A DNA stretch of 60,000 nucleotides from Mobula hypostoma. Taxonomy: Eukaryota. Both the position numbers and the translations under genes were made by a program. The DNA is taken from contig NC_086097.1 in NCBI RefSeq assembly GCF_963921235.1, forward strand, positions 42,844,001-42,904,000, written 5' to 3'. Position 1 is the first letter of the stretch. The number at the start of each line of letters is the position of its first letter. Below are positions 12,659 to 25,445 of this stretch, piece after piece. The notes under the pieces were generated by a model. The model searched no databases, was not told where the DNA came from, and saw only the letters and a program-made list of their open reading frames with translations.

Positions 12659-14248
12659 CAGTGCCTATAAAATGTATTCACCCCCTCCCCGCCTTGGAAG
12701 TTGTCATGTTTTATTGTTTTACAATATTCAATCACAGTAATTTGGCTTTTTTTTAAAACACTGATCAACAGAAAAGACTCTTTCATGTCAAAGTGAAAAC
12801 AAATTTCTACAAATTGGTCTAAATTTATTACAGTTATTAAACACAAAATAATTGATTGCATAATTACTCACCCCTTTCAAGTTAGTATTTAGTAGATGCA
12901 CCTTTGGCAGTAAATACACAATCTTGAGCCTGTGCGGATTGGTCTCATTCTTTGCACATCTGGACACTGTAATTTTTCCCCATTCTTCTTTACAAAACTG
13001 TTCAAACTCTGTCAGATTGCATGGGGATCGTGAAGGAACAGCTCTTTCACACATCCTTCCACAAATTCTCATTTGGCCGCTCCAGGACATTAACTTTGTT
13101 GTTTTTATGCCATTCCTGTGTAGCTTTGGCTTTATGCTTGGGATCATTGTCTTGCTGGAAAACAAATCTTCTCCCAAGTAGCAGTTTTCTTGCAGAATGC
13201 ATCCTGTTTTCCTCCAGGATTTCCCTGTATTTTGCTGCATTCATTTTACCCTCTACCTTCACAAGCCTTCCAGGGCCTGCTGCAGTGAAGCATCCTCACA
13301 GCATGATGCAGGCACCACCATGCTTCATGGCAGGGATGGTGTGTTTTTGATGACGTGTGGTGTTTGGCTTACACCATAGCGTTTAGTTTGATGGTCAAAA
13401 AGCTCAATTTTGGCTTCATCAGATCATAATACCTTCTTCCAGCTGACTTCAGAGTCTCCCACATGTCTTCTAACAAACTCTAGCCAAGATTTCATGTGAG
13501 TTTTTTTTTCCCCAACAGTAGCTTTCTCTTTGCCTCTCTCCCATAAAGCTGCAACTGGTGAAGCACCCAGACAACAGTTGTTGTATGTGCAGTCTCTCCC
13601 ATCTCAGCCACTGAAGCTTGTAACTCCTCCTGAGTTGTCATATGTGTCTTGGTGTCTTCACTCACTAGTCCCCTTCTTGCACAGTCACTCAGTTTTTGAG
13701 GATGGCCAGCCCTAGACACACTTACAGCTTTGCCACATTCTTTCCATTTCTTGATGATTAACTTAACTATACTCCAAAGGATATTCGGTGACTTGGAAAT
13801 TTTCTTGTATCCATCTCCTGACTTGTTCTTTTCAATAACCTTCTCACAGAATTGCTTGGAGTGTTTTTGTGTCTTTGCAGTGTAGTTTTTCCCAGGTTAC
13901 TGACTCAGCAGCAGATAGAGCTTCCAGATACAGGTGTGTTTTCACAACAGTCAATTGAATCACCCTGACTGCACACAGGTGATCTCCATTTAACTAATTA
14001 TCACTGCATCAGTGACGATTTAGTGTGTCATATTAAAGGGGGTGAATACTTGTGCAATTTATTATTTTGTGTTTTAGATTTGTAAGTAATTTAGATCACT
14101 TTGTAGAGATCTGTTTTCACTTTGACACAAAAAGAGACTTTTCTGTTGATCAGTGTCAAAAAAAGGCCAAGAAAAATTCAATATTATAAAACAATAAAAC
14201 ATGGAAACTTCCAAGGGGGGGGGAGGTGAGTACTTTTTATAGGCACTG
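12659..14248 (-). mobile_element. Full-length Tc1-family DNA transposon with decayed transposase
   Basis: TA|CAGTGCCTATAAAA ... TTTTATAGGCACTG|TA; long inverted repeats of roughly 230 bp with an inner repeat of the TACTCACCCC/TATTCACCCC motif; minus-strand fragments RAGHPQKLS, FVFQQDNDPKHKAK, ENLW and FEQFCKEEWGKI, broken by frameshifts and stops. Confidence 0.93.
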
Positions 14249-16901
14249 TATGTACATACTTCCAATTCTAATCTCTTGAGCATCTCAGTTTTAATCCCTT
14301 TACTGATGAAGGTCATATTTTTAGCTGCAAAGGTCCCAGATATGGATGTCTATCTGTGCATCATCTTTTCTCCTTTAAGATGCTCCTTAACTTTTACCTG
14401 TTTGAGCAAAATTTTGGTCATCTGCTATAATATCTTCTTATGAATATTGCTTTGAATGGACTTTAAAATCTTCACTGCATTAAAGGTGTGGCATACTGTA
14501 AATCAATGTATGACCAAATTTGTTTGAAGTTCAACTATAAAAGCTGAAAAAGAAATATTAAATTTAAGGGAAAATTCCCAATCAATTAACATGAAAGGTT
14601 CTTCTCTTTGTGAGGAAAAGCAAGTTTGAAGTGTCCACTTGTTGAGTGGTCTTCATTCAATTAAAGTTGATATCACAGTTCAAATAAAATCAGCATCAGA
14701 CAATAATTAACAATACTATGGTTTAAATTCATCTTCACAGTGGGAAGAAGGTTGAGTAATTGTTGGACTAATGGGGATTCTTCAGTTCATGAATAGTCTT
14801 TCCCAGTTCTTCTCCATTGTATGCTTGTAGTCTAAAATACCTCTGTCTTCATATGTTGTTTCATGGCTAGCTCGATGAATCATCGATTATAACCGCCCTC
14901 TCTGCTCTCCAGTTCCAGGAGGACTTGCGTGCAAGTACGTCTCTGTCTATTTCAGGCTTCACTGCTGGGAACTCACCACTTATCCAAACTCCTTCTTGCA
15001 CACAGACATTCTTTTCCCCTCTTACAACCGCAGTCACAGTCCATTGTGGATTCTGCACCTGTTTATGACAGCATGACCTCAGCTCAGCCTCCACTTTCAA
15101 TAATGTGGCATTGCTTGATGAGATGGTGCATAAGATAAAATAGCCAGGTCATTTTCCCTTTATAAATCAGGAGTTTACGCTACAGCTTAATCACACAATT
15201 TAACCTTTTACTTTGCACTCGGTAAGCCAGGATGTATTCGTTACTTGCATCTTGTGTCTCCACGTGGTCTCATTAAGTATTCGATCTACAAAATCAATCA
15301 ATGCAAAGAACAAGAATAAGGTGGAGATAAGTTGGTCAAATTTTTATTACTCTTAGCCTATTTCTTACAACATACGTCATTAAAAATCAATAAGGAACCT
15401 AGAGGTCAAATATTTCCAATTCCGGTCACTGGATGCTGTTTCTCATTCTATGATCATATTTGGCCTGAACATCAGATACAACAGTGTTTACTCTGAGACA
15501 GACGCATAACAAGGACTGTTAAACTAATGATGTATCTATTTTAGTTTTGTTTCTGGTTGATACAAGGTTGGCCATTCTCCAGGGAAATCTGTAAACCTCA
15601 CTGGTTTTCATTAGTAAGATTATTGAATGAAAACTGAATACCTGAATATGCTGGAGGTTTCATTGTTTCCTTTCCGTTATATTTTTAAAAGTCAATTTGC
15701 AAGAGTTGACTGAAATTCCTGGAGCATCTGACTGATGCGAATGGAATCTTTCCAACTTGTGTTGGAATGTATCGTGCTCCAGAAGAATTGATTAACTAAG
15801 ATATTCTTCTGGGAATAACTCTTCATTCCTTCTATATTTCTCCACGTCAACATTACCTGAACAACAGCACCAACATGTAATGTCATTCAAATTCAATATC
15901 ACAAATACAGATCACGCTTCACATCCTTCCTTATGATTCATAGGGTCCTCAGCAACTGACTATTACAAGATGTAGTCTCCATGTAGTGGCCAACTATTTG
16001 TAGTTTTTAGACTGACTTGTGAGAACAGTTTCTATGTGCTCTTTCTGTCCTCAGTTCTATTTCATAAAAGTGCATCCAGAGTGTAATCAAATGACGAACA
16101 CAAAAAGCCATTTCTTCATATGACAGTCCATAGGGAGTCCATGTGCTGACTTTATTTATAAGGTTACTCAGTAGCACTTAACTTCAAATTTCTCCTTCCT
16201 GCCTCAAAGTCAGCTTCCAAATCAAAATATAATTCTTTATTATTTCCACATCATTAATTAATTAATTCTCGACAAGAGAAGATTTACTTTCTTCTGTACA
16301 TCTCTCAAAAGGTCTGTTTCTGTTCTGCTCCACTTATTTGATCATGTGTATATTCCAACTTTCCAGAGAGTGTATAGACCTGCAAAAGTTTCTGCATTGG
16401 GTATTAGCAGCAATGCTTTTTCTTTTGAAGTAGGTTTTCTGTACAACTTATGGTAAAGCATAAACTGTAATTTATAAGAAAGGAAGTGTGTTACTAATAT
16501 GCAATTAATTTCTCTTTTTTTTCAAGAATTTTTAAACATTTAGACCTGGGAATCATCACAGCATTTTGTATTACCCAAAAGACTAACCCTGAGTTCTCCC
16601 TATTTGTGAAGAGGCTATAATTCATCGAAGTTCTGTAACATTCATGCATCAGTTCATTTGCAGAAGAAACTGCCCAACATGACCTCTCATCAATTATCCT
16701 ACTGAGCTGATTACTAGCCTTGAAAGAAAAGTTTAAAAAGTTAACTATGCCATCCATTTACCGCTGCTTGCTAATCTTGAAAGCTTCTTTAGATTTATCG
16801 CATTAGCTGAATTACTCATTATTTCAATACAGAAGAAATGTAGCTTTACTGATGCCATTAGAGCTGACCACATTGCTCCACTTTGGATACAAAATCAATT
16901 A

Positions 16902-17204
16902 CAAAGGCATCTGTTGGTCTTGCGAGACCATAGATCTGCGCCTGGAAAGTCTTCACTCTCCAGGGCGCAGGCCTGGGCAAGGTTGTATGCATTTGCCCAA
17001 GCTGCAAGTCTCCCCTCTCCACGACACCAATGTTGTCCAAGGGAGGGGCATTAGGACCCATACAGCTTGGCACCAGTGTCGTCGCAGAGCACTGTGTGTT
17101 TAAGTGCCTTGCTCAAGGACACAACACGTTCCCTCGGCTGGGGTTCGAACTCACGACCTTCAGGTTGCTAGTCCAATGCCTTAACCACTTGGCCACGTGC
17201 CCAC
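16902..17204 (-). mobile_element. tRNA-derived SINE, probably RTE-mobilised
   Basis: Minus head GGGCACGTGGCCAAGTGGTTAAGGC (A box) ... GAGTTCGAACCC (B box); 13-bp TSD ACAAAATCAATTA (16889-16901 / 17205-17217). Confidence 0.88.
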
Positions 17205-18729
17205 ACAAAATCAATTATACCAAACAAATATACATCATTGTCACTGATCAGCATTCATTAATGGAAACCTGAACATTACAAAAATCACTCTGCAGTTTTA
17301 ATATTGAGTGATGATATGTGATAGTCACAAAATTATTGCACAGAATTCAAACCCGTATATTCATTACCAACCTCATCCCTTTGACATGTTTTTGTTTGTC
17401 ACATACTCAACTGACAGCAGAAAGATGCATAACGCAAGTTTTTAAAAAGTCTCGCAGACTTATTTCTTAGTTCTACTTCTAAGAGCCAAAGATTGATATA
17501 CAGTCAGTATTGAACAGGTGTCCATCATCCTCCCCTATTCAATGCCTTCATCTTCAGCCCTTTGCACTTCCACCTATCACCTCTCACTTTTGACATCAGC
17601 ACAGCCCCCTCGCCTTGTGATACAGGTGTCTCCCCCTTTCTTTCCAGTCTGAAACCTCAGCTGTTCATTTCCCCCCATGATGGGCTGAGTTCCTCCAGCA
17701 CCTTTTGCCATGCCATATGTACTGATCACGTTTGGTGTCACTGACCTTCACCGAGCTGCCGCAATGGAAACATTCCCCTTCCATTAGGAAATCCACTCCC
17801 ATCATTGGAAGAGGACAATATTCCAACAGTGTTAAAGAAAACCTGAAAATAGCTAATGCATTTGAAATTATTAAGAGTAAAAATAATGGAACCTAGGACC
17901 TGGGAAACTCCAGTGGTTTTTGATCCAGGATTATACAAGAAATATAATTAAATTGCAAAGGCTTGAATCTTGATTTTACAAACTTCTACATTCATGAATT
18001 ATAGCTTTGGATTGAAAAGATAGAAATGTTACTTCACTCTTTGAGGAGTTAGGGAGAAATCAACTAACTACAGCTCTGGCATTTTAACCTCAATTTACAG
18101 GAGTTTATTGTAAGACCACTTTAATTGATCTCTTGTGAGAAAATCATTAGTGTGGTTGGCAGGAGTTTGTCAAGTGGACTTCCAGAGGAATTATCCCTCG
18201 AGATTAAGGAAAATGAGAGCAAACAGAATAGAGATAAACTTGTGATCTGAGTTGGTGATGGGCTGAGAAGTAGTTGGCAGAGTGGAGTGATGGGCGAGGG
18301 GGTCATTCTCTCTGATTCACAGATTAGGACGTATACAGGAGCCTATGCTTCACTATAGGGGATGAAATAGATGCCCAGAAATTGAAATTCACTGTTTTTG
18401 AACCAATGTTGTTGTGATTGTTAACTAGCAATTAGATCCCACCCACCCCATCCAAAAAATGCGTCTAATTAACCCAAAAATACTTTAAAATCAGTGCTTT
18501 GGTTTACTCTCAGAATCATATGTCAGAACAGGACATAAATCATTCTTAAAAAGACCTCACAGGTGTGCAGCCAGTGGAAGGGGTACAGTCATGGTCCAAG
18601 TGTAGAGGGACAGACACAGAAATAGAATGAACTGTTCACTGAGTTTTAATAAGAACTGTACAAAACAGAGAAAAATAATAAACGCTAGGCCAACAGGGCC
18701 ACTAACTGAAAACTCTCAAACTAAAAACT

Positions 18730-19655
18730 CCCTGCATCGGCACTGATCTGGGCCAACAATTACGTGCTAGGCGGCACCTAATTAATTAGCATATTTATTT
18801 CAGCTTTTTTCTTAAAGACGTGGTGTGTGCCTCCCGGCTACCACTGCATTCTCCGCGAATCGGTACAGTATCTGTCCGGGGCCTGAGGGTTGGGGTGGTG
18901 GGACACGGGGGTGTCATCTCATCGTCGATCAGGGCAGGCAGCTCATCTTCTCCTATGACTGCCCACCTCGATGTCGAAGGTCAAGGTTCGTCGTCTGCTG
19001 TGGCTGATGTGGAAGGCTTGCTTGACTGCTGAGCCTCGAGCATTTTTCTATCACACAGTTTTTTGTAAGGACTCAAAACATCCTGCAAATATCTCCTAAA
19101 CCTACATACCCTTTCAAAATTAAAGTCGTACTTTATCATTGCAGCGAAAATCTCACGCAGTTGCTTCACATTCAGTTCTTGGACGACTTCACTTTCGCTA
19201 CTGCATTGGGTTTCGATTGTTATCCTTTCCTCTTCCAATTACATCAGCTCTTCATCTATCAGTTCTTGGTCATGGGATTCCAAAACCTCTTCAACATCAC
19301 CTTCGTCAGCTTCCACAAGCCAAACTCACTTTGTCCTTGCTTCGTTCATCACGATCGAAACACTTAATTATGTCTAGTTTTATGCTAAGTGTAACACCCT
19401 TACGAGCTCTTTTAGGCTTTTCCGATACCTTAGAACTCATCTTGCAAACAGCTGCTCAATGCAACGTGTTTAAACAATGCCGTTCCGAATCCGGGGGGAG
19501 AGCGGCTGCTTGGGGTGCGCGCTGCCTTTTATCGCGCGCTGCCTTTCTTCATAGCAGTGAAAACACCTTCTGAAAGCGAAAACAGGGTACTAATGTAGGT
19601 TTTTCGTAACAGTGAGGTTTCGTAAAGCAAACGTTCAAAAAGCGGGGGACACCTA
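18730..19655 (-). mobile_element. Tigger/pogo-like non-autonomous DNA transposon fragment
   Basis: Right end AAAAAGCGGGGGACACCTATA resembles a Tigger TIR plus TA; acidic C-terminal transposase-like peptide EEERITIE...LNVKQLREIF; no matching second TIR found. Confidence 0.6.
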
Positions 19656-19656
19656 T

Positions 19657-20330
19657 AATTCCAATCCCTATTCCTATTCCAACATGTCAGTCCATGGCTT
19701 CCTCTACTGCCATGATGAGGCCACTGTCAGTTTGGAGGAGCAACACCTCATATTCCGTCTGAGTCATCTCCAAACTGATGGTATTAGCATCGATTTCCCT
19801 AATTTCTGGTAATTTTCCCCTCCCCATTCACTCTTCTTTCATTCTGCACTCTGGCTCTTCTCTTACCTGTTCTCTTCTCTTCACCTGCCTATCACCTCCT
19901 CCTTCCCTTTCTCCCATGGCCCAGTCTCCTCTCCTATCAGATTCCTTCTTCTTCAGCCCAGTACCTTTTCCACCTATCACCTCCCAGCTTCTCACTTTAT
20001 CCCCCTCCCCCACCCACCTAGCTTCCCCCTCACCCAACCTCATCCATCACCTTCTAGCTAATGCTTCCTCCCCTCCCCCATGTACTTCCCCCTTCCTTTC
20101 TTCCCCTCCCCCATGTACTTCCCCCTTCCTTTCTTCCCCTCCCCCATGTACTTCCCCCTTCCTTTCTTCCCCTCCCCCATGTACTTCCCCCTTCCTTTCC
20201 TTCCCCCTTCCCATGTACTTCCCCCTTCCTTTCCAGTCCAGATGAAGGGTCTCGGCTTGAAACACCAACTGTTTATTCCTTTCCACAGATGCTGCCTGAC
20301 CTGCTAAGTTCCTCCAGTATGTTCATCTGT
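19657..20330 (+). mobile_element. Penelope-like element 3' end
   Basis: SNMSVHGFLYCHDEATVSLEEQHLIFRL...IDFPNFW* C-terminus, pyrimidine-rich UTR and a degenerate hammerhead at about 20235-20270. Confidence 0.85.
20067..20232 (+). repeat. 33-bp minisatellite, about 5 units, inside the PLE 3' UTR
   Basis: CATGTACTTCCCCCTTCCTTTC recurs at spacings of 33, 33, 33 and 34 bp. Confidence 0.92.
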
Positions 20331-20919
20331 ATCTTAGGAGCATAGGAATTTAAAGTAGAGGAGATGATGTGTCAGCTCTACAGATTCTCCTACATCAACA
20401 ACTATCTAGCGGGCTGATTTCAGTTTTGGAAATAAGCATCAGGAACAGGATGTTGGTGGAGGTGTCAACATGTTAAACTAAACCGATGTATGGATCAGTC
20501 ACAACTTACTGAATTCCATATTGTTCATCTAACTTTGATTCAATGCTACATTCATATTGAGAGAGAATTTATTAGCGTAGACTCCTGAAAAGATACTTTA
20601 AAAGCCAAATTAAGGGCAGCATCCATTAATGAACAGCACTTAGGCTTGTCTATAATGCTGAATCACTTTACAAACCATAATGTCAGACACATGTGTAAGA
20701 CATCTAAAGTGAATTCGCCTGAGTTTCATGTTTGTTTGCTTTAATCTGTTTACATAAACAACTCATCCAGCTGTCCAATTTAAATACAATATAAATAAAC
20801 AAATGACAAACACATAGACTTTTTTTTAACATGGAGTCCTAATGTACAAACTTTGTCCTTTAAAATTAGATTCATCAACTATAGGCACGAAATGATTTCC
20901 TCTTGTCATTGCTACACTC

Positions 20920-21175
20920 AGAGAGGATGTGCAGGAGCCTGAAGGCACACACTCAACAATTCAGGAACAGCTTCTTCCCCTCTGCCGTCTGATTTCTGAA
21001 TGGACGTTGAACCCACGAATACTACCCCACTATCTTTTTTTGTACGACTTATTTAATGTTCTGTATGCTTCTTAATGCAATTTACCGTTTTTATTATTAT
21101 GTATTGCAATGCTCTGCTCTGCTGCCGCATAACATCTTTCACAACATATGCCAGTGATATTAAACCTCATTCTGA
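20920..21175 (+). mobile_element. Rex1-like LINE 3' end
   Basis: CAGGAACAGCTTCTTCCCCTCTGCCGTCTGATTTCTGAA (NSFFPSAV-like) followed by an AT-rich UTR ending TAAACCTCATTCTGA. Confidence 0.65.
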
Positions 21176-21869
21176 AGGTTAGTAGGCTCTACAGAACTTT
21201 CCATCCATTGAAATCAATTCGTATTTTCTGTTCAATAAAATGATACAATATAAATTGGTAAAATTTAATCTCTTATTAATTGGTAAAGACAAGATTTAAA
21301 AGAAGGCATACCACAGTAAGGTAAAAGGTTCATTTATTATCAAAGCATGTATCCATATACAACACTGAGATTCGTCTTCTCCAGATAGCCATGAAACAAA
21401 GAAGGAACATGAAAGTCATTCAGAGAGAAACATCAAACCCACCCACCCCATACAAAAAAGAACAGAATCCTGATCATGAACTACCAAATCCCCTCCCATA
21501 CACAAAGCACAACTAGAATATGGACCCTCCCCTTAAACAACCCACACACACACAGTTTGATGAGTTTAGTGATGTGATTTAATTTAACATTGGTGAAATG
21601 TTCTCTATTTACTCCAAGAAGTCCCTTTGCCCAAGTTAATGGAAATATGAAATAAAAACAGAAAAAGAAACCTAGAAATACATAGCAGATTAGTCAGCAT
21701 CTGTGGAGAGAGAAACAGTACTAAGATTTCATATCAATTACCTTTCAAGAATGGTCAGAATGCAGATTCATTTACCTGAAGCCTTTAAATTTATATATCT
21801 TGCCAAAGATACTGCTGTTTTTTTCCGGCATTTTCACAACTTTATTTCATATTTCCCGCATCTATAGGA

Positions 21870-22510
21870 GGGAGGAGAAGATGGCGGCGTGGCCGTTCCA
21901 AATGATATCAATTATATGTAACTAGGGGGCCGTGCACAATCCGGATTTGATGGAGGCAGCCGTGAGAAGCACGGAGGAACACCTGGAGTAACTTCTGAAA
22001 TGCCCGCTTTGCTGCCGCTGCTACTGTGCGATCGAGAATCTCCAGAGACGAAGGCCCCAAGTCCTTGGCTTTGCCTATTGCCTGTTGCCAGGGCTGGGGT
22101 CGAAACGCTCAGCAGAGATGGTGCTCGGTGCTCGGTGTCGGAGAGGTGGTCGGAGGCTCGGAGTTTTTCGGACAGACTCGGAGTCGGACTGTGGTCGGAT
22201 GCTTCCAGGATGCTGCATCAGCAAATTGGCGGCGCTGGAGGTTCACCGTCTGCGTGAGATGATGGGACTTCCGAGAGACTTTGAGACTTTTACCGTGCCA
22301 TGGTCTGTTCTTATCAAATTACAGTATTGCTTTGCACTGTTGTAACTACATGTTATAATTATGTGGTTTTTGTTAGTTTTTAAGTCCATTTGTCATGTGT
22401 TTCCGTGATATTCTGGAAAAACATTGTATCATTTCTTAATGCATGTGTTACTAAATAACAATAAAAAGGGACTGCATGTCCTCATAATCTAATCTAATCT
22501 AATCTAATCT
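21870..22510 (+). mobile_element. Non-coding non-autonomous retroelement with (AATCT)n tail
   Basis: Starts GGAGGAGAAGATGGCGGCG; ends AATAAA...(AATCT)5; ATCTATAGGA repeated at 21860-21869 and 22507-22516; CpG-rich body; inserted in an old PLE pLTR. Confidence 0.75.
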
Positions 22511-23224
22511 ATAGGATTTTGCTTTTCATTTATTACACTTCTGCTTATTATATCCTGAAACCTTTAACTGACCAACCATTAACTACTAAATAACTCCAAA
22601 CACTCCTGGGCAAATACATTTTCCAATGGTGAGAAGTTAATTATATCAGCTCTGATTGCTATTCCTTCCACCATACTCTAAATATGAATTTGAATCTAAG
22701 AATAGTTTTTTCTCCCCTCAGAGCTGATCTGTTTGTAGATTTTACACAGTAATAATGCAAGTTAATAACCCCAATCTATGTTTGCAGTTGTTTGAAAATA
22801 ATTTTGCCCGCGTTAAAAATTCTGTACTCTACAGACAGAATGATTGATTTTGCAGCAAGCGGTATGATCTCCTATCAAAACTCTCGAAGTCTCCAGGCTG
22901 CATTTTCAACAGCAGCAGCAGACTTTGAAAGAGGTAAAATGATGCTCATGTTGTCCCTCAGTAACAAAGCAGGCTTGGGCAGCTAGTGATTTATTAGGCT
23001 CATTTCGCTTGTGTAAAACAACGGAATTGCTTGACAAGAGTAAAGTGGTTAATGTGTAGTACTGTAATTGAGTTAAAAACAGCTACAGAAAGCATAGAAC
23101 TGCCCAGTTTTCCCTCCAGAGATGAAAATGAAACACCCAAGTCTTAGCCAAACACAGTGTAAGTCATGTACAGGCAAATAGCTAATCCAAGGGGGTGATT
23201 GGAGTAAAGTATAACGGGGATGTC

Positions 23225-23668
23225 AGCGGTAAGACCCCCCACCATCCAGGCCATACTCTCTTCTCACTGCTGCCATCAGGCAGGAGGTACAGGAGCCTCA
23301 GGTTCCACATCACCGGGTTCAGGAACAATGATTGCCTCTCAACCATCAGGTTCCTGAACAGACATGGATAGTTTTGCTCAACCCAACACTGAATTAATTC
23401 CACCACCTATGGACTCACTTCCATGGACTCTACAACTCATTCTCAATGTTATTTATTGCGTATTTATTTATTATTATTATTATTTTGTTTTTTTGCATTT
23501 GCACAATTTGTTATCTTTTGCACATCGGTTGTTTGTCAGTCTTTGTGTGTAGTTTTCATTGATTCTATTGTGTTTCTTTATACTGTAAATGCCCACAAGA
23601 AAATGAATCTTGGGGTAGTATATGGTGACATGTATGTACTTTGATAACAAATTGACTTTGAACATTGA
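23225..23668 (+). mobile_element. Rex1-like LINE 3' end
   Basis: CCCCACCATCCAGGCCATACTCTCTTCTCACTGCTGCCATCAGGCAGGAGGTACAGGAGCCT (HPGHTLFSLLPSGRRYRSL); TTTGAACATTGAAC tail. Confidence 0.75.
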
Positions 23669-25445
23669 ACCTACGACCTCCATCTAATTTCGTATATTAA
23701 GGGAATAAAGGGACATGGGATTAGTATAGATAGATAGATAGATAGATTTTTATTTGGGCAAAATTACAACAAAAGAATATAGATATTCTTTAAAACAGAC
23801 CGAAAGGGTGTAGGCTGAAGCTACAGCTTATTACGCCTACCCCTCTTACTTAGACAACAACATATTTGGCATCAATCATCACATCAAAACAAAAAATTTC
23901 GTAATCTTTTAACACAAAATCCAATTCCAAGTATTATTTATTTACATTACTCCCGTTCATTTTAAATCATGTATTTTATATTTGTTCATTAGATTATTTT
24001 TAAATAATTTTTTAAACTTGTTAAGTGTGGTGCATGTTTTTAAATTCTCACTACAACTGTTCCATAGATTCACCCCTCTGACTGAAACACAATCATTTCT
24101 TACATTTGTTCTTATCCTTTGTTTTTGAAATATACATGTTCCTCTCAAATCATGTTGACTTTCTCTCATTTTAAACAACCTTTGGATACTTTGTGGTAGC
24201 TGTCCATTTTTTACTTTATACATAATTTTATTATTTTAAAATCTACGAAATCTCTGAATTTTAAAGTGTTTAGTTGAATAAATAGTGTATTGGTTGGCTC
24301 ATAATAACTTGTCTTATTTACAATTCATATGACTTTCTTTTGGAGTAGAAAAATTGAGTTTGTATTTGTTTTGTATGTATTTCCCCATACCTCTACACAG
24401 TAAGTCATGCATGGGACTATAAGTGAACAGTATAATGTATACAAAGATTCCTGATTTAAGAAATCTTGTGCTTTGTACAGTATTGCAACAGATTTTGACA
24501 TTTTTGCTTTGACATGATTTATATGTGGTTTCCAGCTTAATTTATTATCTATTACCACTCCTAAAAGTTTTGTTTCAGATACCTTATCAATTTCAACATC
24601 ATTTATTCTAAATTTACTATATGAGTTTGGTACACGGTTCCCAAATATTATGTATTGAGGTTTACTTAGATTCAGTGATAATTTGTTAGTATCAAACCAT
24701 TTCTTTATAACTTTTAGTTCTTTCTCCACTGTATCCAAAAGTTGTTTCAGATGTTCTCCACTACAAAATATAGTTGTATCATCAGCAAATAATATACATT
24801 TTAATGTCTGAGAGACCATACATATATCGTTTATATACAAAATGAACAGCAATGGACCAAGCACTGAACCTTGTGGAACCCCACAAGTTACCCTCAAAAG
24901 TTTTGAATTCGAGTTGTTTATATGTACATACTGATACCTGTCTTCCAAACAACTACTTAACTAGTCATGTGAACCCCTCTAATACCATATCTTTCTAATT
25001 TTGTTAATAATAATTTATGGTCAGACAGCAGAAAAAGGAAGATTCAAGAAAAGGTTAATGGAAATAGATAATCAGTTGGCAAATCTGGAAGCTTCTTACA
25101 AAATAAACCAGGAAGCAGAATTACTTAATAAGATTACTGCCTTACGGTATCAGTATGATTCTATACTATCCAAGAGTGTTTCAAAACTACTGACACAAGT
25201 CAGACAGAGGTACTTTGATCTTGGTGAAAAGCCCCATAAGTTATTAGCCCGTCAGTTAAGAAAGATGTAGGCCTCCAGGGCCATACATCGTATAATGGCG
25301 AAAGATGGCTTGTTATGGACGAAATTAATAAGTGTTTTGCGGAGTTCTATGCTAATGTTTACCAATCACAAGGCGGTCCAGACGTTGAAGCTATGGATAT
25401 ATTTTTTGATAATCTGAATCTGCCCACGCTGCCAACAGATTCAGT

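Noticed and set aside
17120..17204. tRNA gene on the minus strand
   Set aside because: The A and B boxes are followed by a SINE body and the whole unit is bracketed by a 13-bp TSD, so this is a SINE head.
17621..17640. TACAGGTGTCTCCCCC as the missing left TIR of the Tigger-like element
   Set aside because: It sits in a degenerate PLE-like UTR, the match is short, and the intervening 1 kb is unrelated sequence that includes old CR1-like remnants.
20067..20232. CRISPR-like regularly spaced repeats, and the repetitive 'SSPPPCTSPFL' ORFs
   Set aside because: The units are head-to-tail with no unique spacers, there are no cas genes, and the DNA is eukaryotic. The ORFs are by-products of a 33-bp period.
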